DNA of 64,000 nt. It comes from Chitinophaga pinensis. Lineage in GTDB: Bacteria; Bacteroidota; Bacteroidia; NS11-12g; UBA955. The notes beneath the pieces are model-generated. The model saw only the letters and a program-made list of their open reading frames with translations. It did not search any database and had not been told where the DNA came from. The stretch covers positions 132,095 to 196,094 of the forward strand of contig CAMBXL010000004.1 of NCBI GenBank assembly GCA_945871905.1, read 5' to 3'. A program made the position numbers and the translations under genes. Below, in pieces: positions 58,579-64,000 of the stretch. How positions within the stretch are numbered: the stretch's first letter is position 1; every line of letters starts with the position of its first letter.

Positions 58579-59043
58579 ATGAAAAAATCAATTTTTTATT
58601 TTGCCTTTGCTGCCCTTATTCTTTCTTATTCTTGTGAAGATGATATTGGGACGCCAGTAGTTCCTACGCCTGTTGTTTCTCAACAAGACCTTTTAAGTCA
58701 AAACACTTGGAAAGTTTCTTCTGTTATTGCCAATGGTAGTGATATTTGGGGTACTTCTTTAGTCTCTGATTGCTACAAAGACAACGAATACTTTTTCCGA
58801 AGAGACAATAGATTAGTTATTTACGATAAAACCAGTAAATGTGACGTGGCTGACCCTGATTCAGTGGTTAACAATTATGAATTAATTACTGGTAAAAACA
58901 AAATTTACATGGATGTGAGTTTAGCGGGTGCTTTTAATATCAAAGATACTACTGATATTATCGTTCTTAACCAAACAACTTTAACTGTTGATGCTGAATA
59001 CAGCGGAATTCCAGCTAAATTAACGTTTACAAAGAAACCATAA
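58579..59043 (+). CDS. Hypothetical lipoprotein (lipocalin-like size).
   Basis: Lipobox LILSYSCEDD. 154 aa. Confidence 0.4.
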   Translation: MKKSIFYFAFAALILSYSCEDDIGTPVVPTPVVSQQDLLSQNTWKVSSVIANGSDIWGTSLVSDCYKDNEYFFRRDNRLVIYDKTSKCDVADPDSVVNNYELITGKNKIYMDVSLAGAFNIKDTTDIIVLNQTTLTVDAEYSGIPAKLTFTKKP

Positions 59044-59050
59044 ACGCCTA

Positions 59051-59965
59051 ATGACAAGATATTTTGTCTTGTTTTTGGTTTTATTTATTGGTTCCCAAAG
59101 TCATATTAGTTTTGCTCAACCTGATATTGAAAACCAAAAGGCTGTAAAATCGCTGTATTTCAAAAAAAAATGGAGTATTAAAAACCGTCTCCTTAAAATA
59201 AAATACAGTTTTTACCGCAAGGAACGAAAGCCTCAACTTGATTTTTCTAAATGGACTTTGACTTTCGAAGACCAATTTGATTCTATCAACCGTCAGAAAT
59301 GGCGATTAGGACAAGCTTGGGGTGTAGTCCATCCCGAAAATCTTCATCAATATTACGACGACAGCTCGGTGCATACCAAGGATGGTTATCTTATTTTGGA
59401 TGGCAGCTACAAACCCAATCAAATTTTTCATAACAATCAATGGGTCAAAGTTCCATACGCCATTGGATTAGTTAATAGCGACATTTCATTTAAACAGAAA
59501 TATGGCTTTTTTGAAATCCGTTCAAAAAACCCAAAAGGTCCCGCAACATGGCCCGCATTCTGGTTAACCGGTGCTCATAAATGGCCACCCGAAATTGATA
59601 TTTTCGAAATGTATGGACGTAAAAACGGCAAACACATCCACAACCAATACATGTCCTTACATTGGGGTAAGTCCAATACCAAATCGCGCGATTTTATGGC
59701 GCATAAGGTGAAACTTCCCAATGACACTGACAGCAATTTTCATATCTATGCTTGCTTGTGGGAAAAACACCAAATTAGCTTTTATACAGACCATCATTTG
59801 GTTTGCAAAATCAGACTCAACAAAAGATTACAAAAACTAATGGATGAAGAAATGGTTGTTATTCTTAACAATTGTTTTGAAGCCAAATACTTACCCTACC
59901 TTCCCCCAAATTTCAAATCAAACCAATTCATAGTCGACTATATTAAAGTCTATTCTATTTATTAA
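59051..59965 (+). CDS. Glycoside hydrolase family 16 protein (beta-glucanase/laminarinase-like), secreted.
   Basis: Signal peptide and the GH16 catalytic motif ExDxxE (WPPEIDIFEMYG) within a WPAFWL…context. Confidence 0.7.
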   Translation: MTRYFVLFLVLFIGSQSHISFAQPDIENQKAVKSLYFKKKWSIKNRLLKIKYSFYRKERKPQLDFSKWTLTFEDQFDSINRQKWRLGQAWGVVHPENLHQYYDDSSVHTKDGYLILDGSYKPNQIFHNNQWVKVPYAIGLVNSDISFKQKYGFFEIRSKNPKGPATWPAFWLTGAHKWPPEIDIFEMYGRKNGKHIHNQYMSLHWGKSNTKSRDFMAHKVKLPNDTDSNFHIYACLWEKHQISFYTDHHLVCKIRLNKRLQKLMDEEMVVILNNCFEAKYLPYLPPNFKSNQFIVDYIKVYSIY

Positions 59966-59981
59966 AACACATTTCACAACA

Positions 59982-61388
59982 ATGAATTACCAAAGAATTC
60001 AACAAGAACATATCGATTACTTTAAAAGTATATCTCCTGATGATTGTATTTATGAACAATTAGAACAAAGAACTGAAAACAGCTCAGATTACACCGAAAA
60101 TCTCAGTTTTTTGCCCGATGTAGTCATCTATCCACAAAACAGTGAACACATCTCAAAAATTGCAGCCTATTGTCACCTCCACAGAATTCCATTAACATGC
60201 AGAGGTGCAGGAACGGGCTTGTCTGGCGGTTGTTTACCTGTTCAACATGGTGTTATTTTAAATTTAAGTCGACTCAATAAAATTCTTTCCATAGACACGT
60301 CAAACTACCAAGCCATTGTTGAACCTGGCGTTATAAACGAAACATTGCAAAATGAAGCTCAAAAATTAGGATTGTTTTATCCACCCGACCCAGCAAGCAA
60401 AGGCAGTTGCACTATAGGAGGTAACGTTGCACACAGCAGTGGCGGTCCGCGTTGCGTAAAATATGGCACAACCAAAGATTATATTTTAAATTTGGAAGTG
60501 GTATTGGCGACCGGCGAAATTATTCAAACGGGCGCCAATGTGCTTAAAAACTCAACTGGATATAACTTAACACAATTGATGGTTGGCAGCGAGGGAACCC
60601 TTGGAATTGTTACAAAAATAACGCTTAAACTGATTCCTTTTCCTCCATACCGAGCCTTAATGCTTGCTTATTTTTCATCTGCATTTGAGGCATGTTCTAC
60701 TGTTCCTGCTATATTCAAAGCGGGAGTTCAACCCTCTGCTATTGAGTTTATGGACGAAAAAGGGGTGAATATTTCAGTACAACACTTGGGAATGACATTT
60801 GACACCAAAGAAGCAAAAGCCTATTTATTGATAGAAGTAGATGCTTTTGATTTACCAAGCATTCAATCGCAATGCGAAACCATTTATGGTGTATTAGAAA
60901 CATTTAACCCAATTGATGTTATATTGGCCGACGAAAGCAGTAGTTCAGAAAAATTATGGAAAATTAGAAGATCGATAGGAGAAACGGTAAAAGCTATATC
61001 GGCATATAAAGAAGAAGACACCGTTGTAACGCGTTCTTTTTTACCCCATTTGTACCAAGAAACCATGGAATTGTGCCAAGCTAATAATATAGAAGTGGTT
61101 TGTTACGGACATGCCGGAGATGGAAATTTGCATATAAACATACTCAAACTTAATTTGGACGATGAAACATGGAACAATAAATTACCTATCATCATCAGAA
61201 AAATATTCGAAATCTGCAAAAAGTATGGAGGAACAATAAGTGGAGAACATGGCATTGGATTGGTTCAAAAAAGTTATTTAGACATCGTAATGCACCAAAA
61301 ACAAATTGAATTAATGCAATTAATCAAGGACAGCTTTGACCCACACCGCATTTTGAATCCTGGAAAAATATTTGATTACCCCAATTAA
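59982..61388 (+). CDS. FAD-linked oxidase (GlcD/D-lactate dehydrogenase-like).
   Basis: FAD_binding_4-type N-terminal domain (…RGAGTGLSGG…) and a C-terminal FAD-oxidase_C region (…GHAGDGNLH…EHGIG). 468 aa. Confidence 0.7.
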   Translation: MNYQRIQQEHIDYFKSISPDDCIYEQLEQRTENSSDYTENLSFLPDVVIYPQNSEHISKIAAYCHLHRIPLTCRGAGTGLSGGCLPVQHGVILNLSRLNKILSIDTSNYQAIVEPGVINETLQNEAQKLGLFYPPDPASKGSCTIGGNVAHSSGGPRCVKYGTTKDYILNLEVVLATGEIIQTGANVLKNSTGYNLTQLMVGSEGTLGIVTKITLKLIPFPPYRALMLAYFSSAFEACSTVPAIFKAGVQPSAIEFMDEKGVNISVQHLGMTFDTKEAKAYLLIEVDAFDLPSIQSQCETIYGVLETFNPIDVILADESSSSEKLWKIRRSIGETVKAISAYKEEDTVVTRSFLPHLYQETMELCQANNIEVVCYGHAGDGNLHINILKLNLDDETWNNKLPIIIRKIFEICKKYGGTISGEHGIGLVQKSYLDIVMHQKQIELMQLIKDSFDPHRILNPGKIFDYPN

Positions 61389-61478
61389 AAAAAAGAGTAT
61401 TGTGAATAAAAGTTGTAATAATGTGAATATAGACAAATGAAGTCTTTATACTTTCGCAGTCATTACTTATAATCAAAT

Positions 61479-62600
61479 ATGAAATTTTTAATATCAGCTC
61501 CTTTATTATTAGAACACCTTTTAAAAGTGAATGGTGCTATTGTATCTAAACCCATTTTACCGATTTTAGATCACATGTTATTCGATATAAAGGACGGCGT
61601 TTTAACCATATCTACAACAGACTTAGAAACCTCAATGTCTACAAACTTAAATGTAGAGTCAAAAGAGAATGTAACGGTTGCTATTCCTGCCAAATTATTA
61701 ATTGACACTTTACGCTCATTGCCTGATCAACCAATAACAATGACAGTAAATGAAGATACTTACGCTATTGCTATCAATACTGCGAATGGTAAATTTGATT
61801 TGCCGGGTCAAAATGGTATCGATTTTCCGAAAATCCCAAATATTGAATCGGATAACTCTTTCTCAATGCCGTCTAACGTGTTGTTAAGATCTATCGTAAA
61901 AACAGTATTTGCAACAGGTAATGACGATTTAAGATTAAACCTAACAGGTGTATTTGTGGAAATTGGTCAAAATGATTTAAGTTTTGTAGCTACTGATGCC
62001 AACCGTTTGGTTAAGGTTACCCGCACTGACGTAAAACCCGGCTTAGAACATTCATTCATTTTACCTAAAAAAGCGCTTAACTTATTAAAATCATCTTTAA
62101 GTAACGATGTTACACCCATTCAACTTGATTTCAATAAATCAAATGTGTTTTTCACTTCAAATAATTTGAAATTATCTTGTCGTTTAATCGATGAAAAATA
62201 CCCTGACTATAAAGCAGTTATTCCTTTAGAAAACAACAACATCATTTCTATAAACAGAATTGAATTCCTTGATACAGTTAGAAGGGTTGCTAATTTCTCT
62301 AACAAAACAACGCATCAAATCAGAGTGAAAATTACTGGTAATGAATTGGTGGCAAGTGCTGAAGATTTAGAAATGTCTAACAAAGCGAATGAAAAAAGAA
62401 CTTGTGAATACGATGGTGAAGACATCGAAATTGGTTTCAATTCTAAGTTCTTAATTGAACTATTGACTAATTTGGACCACGACCAAGTTTTATTAAAATT
62501 ATCTACCCCTAATCGTGCAGGATTATTAGTACCTATCGAAAATGAATTAGACGAAGAGGTATTAATGCTCATAATGCCGATGATGCTTAATAACTACTAA
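61479..62600 (+). CDS. dnaN: DNA polymerase III beta sliding clamp.
   Basis: Three-domain clamp pattern. The N-terminus MKFLISAPLLLEHLLKVNGAIVSKPILPILDHMLFDIKDGVLTISTTDLE matches DnaN. 373 aa. Confidence 0.85.
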   Translation: MKFLISAPLLLEHLLKVNGAIVSKPILPILDHMLFDIKDGVLTISTTDLETSMSTNLNVESKENVTVAIPAKLLIDTLRSLPDQPITMTVNEDTYAIAINTANGKFDLPGQNGIDFPKIPNIESDNSFSMPSNVLLRSIVKTVFATGNDDLRLNLTGVFVEIGQNDLSFVATDANRLVKVTRTDVKPGLEHSFILPKKALNLLKSSLSNDVTPIQLDFNKSNVFFTSNNLKLSCRLIDEKYPDYKAVIPLENNNIISINRIEFLDTVRRVANFSNKTTHQIRVKITGNELVASAEDLEMSNKANEKRTCEYDGEDIEIGFNSKFLIELLTNLDHDQVLLKLSTPNRAGLLVPIENELDEEVLMLIMPMMLNNY

Positions 62601-63322
62601 TAGCTATCGGTTCAATAAACTTAATCTTTTTACTGCTAGCTTTAATAGCAGAAATTATTGGAACCATCGGTGGATTCGGTTCTTCGGTTTATTTTGTACC
62701 TTTTGCTAACTTTTATTTCGATTATCATACCGTTTTAGGACTAACAGCTTTATTTCACCTTTCAAGTAACCTTAGTAAAATTTACCTTTTCAGAAAAGGG
62801 CTTGACAAAAAACTTCTTTTACAAATTGGGATTCCTTCAGTCATTTTTGTGATTATTGGTGCGTACTTAAGTAAATTTATTGTTTTTTTATACCTACAAA
62901 TAGCCTTGTCTGTGTTTTTAGTAGGTTTTAGTTTATTCTTTCTTGTAAGACCCAATTTCTCTTTTAAAACTGGACTAAAAGAAACCTTTATAGGAGGAAG
63001 TTTATCAGGTTTTTTTGCTGGTTTTTTGGGAACAGGAGGTGCCATTCGTGGACTTACAATGACGGCATTTAACTTGGAAAAAAGTATATATGTTGCCACC
63101 TCAGCTGCTATAGATTTTGGAGTCGACTTGTCAAGAACTGTGGTTTATTTTATCAACGGATACATGAACGATACCAGTTATAAATACCTTCCATTTTTGT
63201 TGGTCATTGGTTTTGTAGGCACTTTTATTGGGCAAAAAATATTGTTAAAAATACCACAAGAACACTTCAGAAGAATCTCGCTAGTCTTAATACTACTAAT
63301 AGGAATTGCCTCCATTTTCTAA
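62600..63322 (+). CDS. TauE/SafE (DUF81) family anion permease. The reading frame is open from 62594 with no ATG, GTG or TTG before the conserved N-terminal helix, so the start is provisionally placed at ATA 62600, overlapping the dnaN stop.
   Basis: In-frame translation upstream of the ORF-track ATG (62849) reads …IAIGSINLIFLLLALIAEIIGTIGGFGSSVYFVPFANFYF…. This is the canonical TauE first TM helix and G-rich motif, so the real gene is ~240 aa. An in-frame TAA lies at 62591-62593. Confidence 0.55.
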   Translation: MAIGSINLIFLLLALIAEIIGTIGGFGSSVYFVPFANFYFDYHTVLGLTALFHLSSNLSKIYLFRKGLDKKLLLQIGIPSVIFVIIGAYLSKFIVFLYLQIALSVFLVGFSLFFLVRPNFSFKTGLKETFIGGSLSGFFAGFLGTGGAIRGLTMTAFNLEKSIYVATSAAIDFGVDLSRTVVYFINGYMNDTSYKYLPFLLVIGFVGTFIGQKILLKIPQEHFRRISLVLILLIGIASIF

Positions 63323-63403
63323 AATAATTAACCCTAAAAATAGTGCATAAGATTGTGATAAAACCAAAGTTTAAAACTTAATAAGTTTGTATATTTGCAG
63401 AAA

Positions 63404-63910
63404 ATGGGTGCGCCGAACGATAAAATAGCGAAAAACAAACTTGAGGTACGTAAAATTTTTACGGCTTATCTTGAAAAAAATAAGCAAAGAAAAACGCCTG
63501 AACGCTACGCCATTCTTGATGAAATATACTCTCATAAAGAACATTTTGATGTAGACACCTTGTTCATCCACATGAAAAATAAAAAATTCAGAGTGAGCAG
63601 AGCTACAGTATACAATACATTGGAATTATTACTAGACAGCGGATTGGTTAAGCGCCATCAGTTTGGTAAAAATTTAGCCATGTACGAACAGAGTTTTGGT
63701 TTCAGACAACACGACCATTTAATTTGCTTACAATGTAACAAGGTTCTTGAATTTTGCGATCCTCGCATTCAACAAATCAACCAAACAATGGGCGAATTAC
63801 TAGGTTTTGAGGTCAATCACCACTCCCTTCACTTGTATGCAAATCCAGTTTTAATAGATGATAACCGTTGCAAAAATTGCAACATAGAAATTAATTTAAA
63901 AGATGAATAA
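63404..63910 (+). CDS. Fur family transcriptional regulator.
   Basis: DNA-binding helix ([20 protein letters not shown]) and metal-binding motifs (HDHLICLQC…C..C). ATG at 63404 is preferred over TTG at 63395. A TATATTTG -7 box at 63390-63397 would make the mRNA nearly leaderless. Confidence 0.75.
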   Translation: MGAPNDKIAKNKLEVRKIFTAYLEKNKQRKTPERYAILDEIYSHKEHFDVDTLFIHMKNKKFRVSRATVYNTLELLLDSGLVKRHQFGKNLAMYEQSFGFRQHDHLICLQCNKVLEFCDPRIQQINQTMGELLGFEVNHHSLHLYANPVLIDDNRCKNCNIEINLKDE

Positions 63911-64000
63911 AATTGATGTCGTATTAGGTCTTCAATGGGGAGACGAAGGCAAAGGTAAAATTGCTGATTTTTTAACGCCCAATTACCAAATTATTGCTCG
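63903..64000 (+). CDS. purA: Adenylosuccinate synthetase, 5' end (runs off the window).
   Basis: [24 protein letters not shown] is the PurA N-terminal GDEGKGK P-loop. An 8-nt overlap with the fur stop. Confidence 0.85.
   Translation, partial: MNKIDVVLGLQWGDEGKGKIADFLTPNYQIIA

Noticed and set aside
62782-63099. 105-aa minus-strand ORF (Lys/Pro-rich) opposite the TauE permease gene.
   Set aside because: It is antisense to a clearly real membrane-protein gene, and the KP-rich translation is an artefact of reading TM-coding DNA backwards.
1-64000. Looked for CRISPR arrays, prophage or integrative-element hallmarks (integrase, transposase, att repeats at the tRNA), restriction-modification or other defence genes, and compositional islands.
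   Set aside because: There are no regularly spaced direct repeats and no integrase, transposase or phage-like ORFs. Every sizeable ORF has a housekeeping, envelope or transport identity. The AT-richness appears uniform across the window.

Overview
This is an AT-rich, gene-dense chromosomal segment (GC roughly one third by eye) with the hallmarks of a Bacteroidota, most likely Flavobacteriia, core genome. Those hallmarks are frequent lipoprotein 'SC'/'AC' lipoboxes, a TonB-dependent receptor paired with DUF4249, type IX secretion (T9SS)-type C-terminal sorting domains, parA-parB-DUF5683, TTG-N17-TAnnTTTG promoters and short leaders. About 60 protein genes are packed with almost no non-coding DNA. 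Housekeeping genes include priA, valS, recG, rpsA, an RSH-type (p)ppGpp synthetase/hydrolase, dnaN, parA/parB, tsaD, serA/serC and the 5' end of purA. There is one tRNA-His (GTG). Many genes encode envelope proteins: TamB, a BamA/TamA-like protein, a TonB-dependent receptor with DUF4249, a PorQ-like barrel, a lamin-tail-domain protein with a T9SS type-B sorting domain, and the lytic enzymes GH73 and GH16. I see no CRISPR array, integrase, transposase, phage gene or compositional island, and cannot point to a classical defence or mobile system. The items most worth follow-up are:
- An L,D-transpeptidase (YcbB/LdtD-like) gene broken into three ORFs by one in-frame stop and one frameshift.
- A ~93-bp tandemly duplicated element, with internal AATTCCT heptamer repeats, at the convergent DUF5683/recG junction.
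- Two unannotated tandem small transmembrane ORFs immediately downstream of a neurotransmitter:sodium symporter (NSS)-family transporter.
- rpsA with a TTG start, a strong Shine-Dalgarno sequence (unusual for this phylum) and a C-terminal helix-hairpin-helix (HhH)-like extension.
- A conserved serC-serA-DUF1015 operon.
- A TauE/SafE permease gene that abuts dnaN and lacks any canonical start codon.
- A small REP/MITE-like element upstream of valS.
All calls rest on reading the translated ORFs and the raw sequence. No database searches were run.
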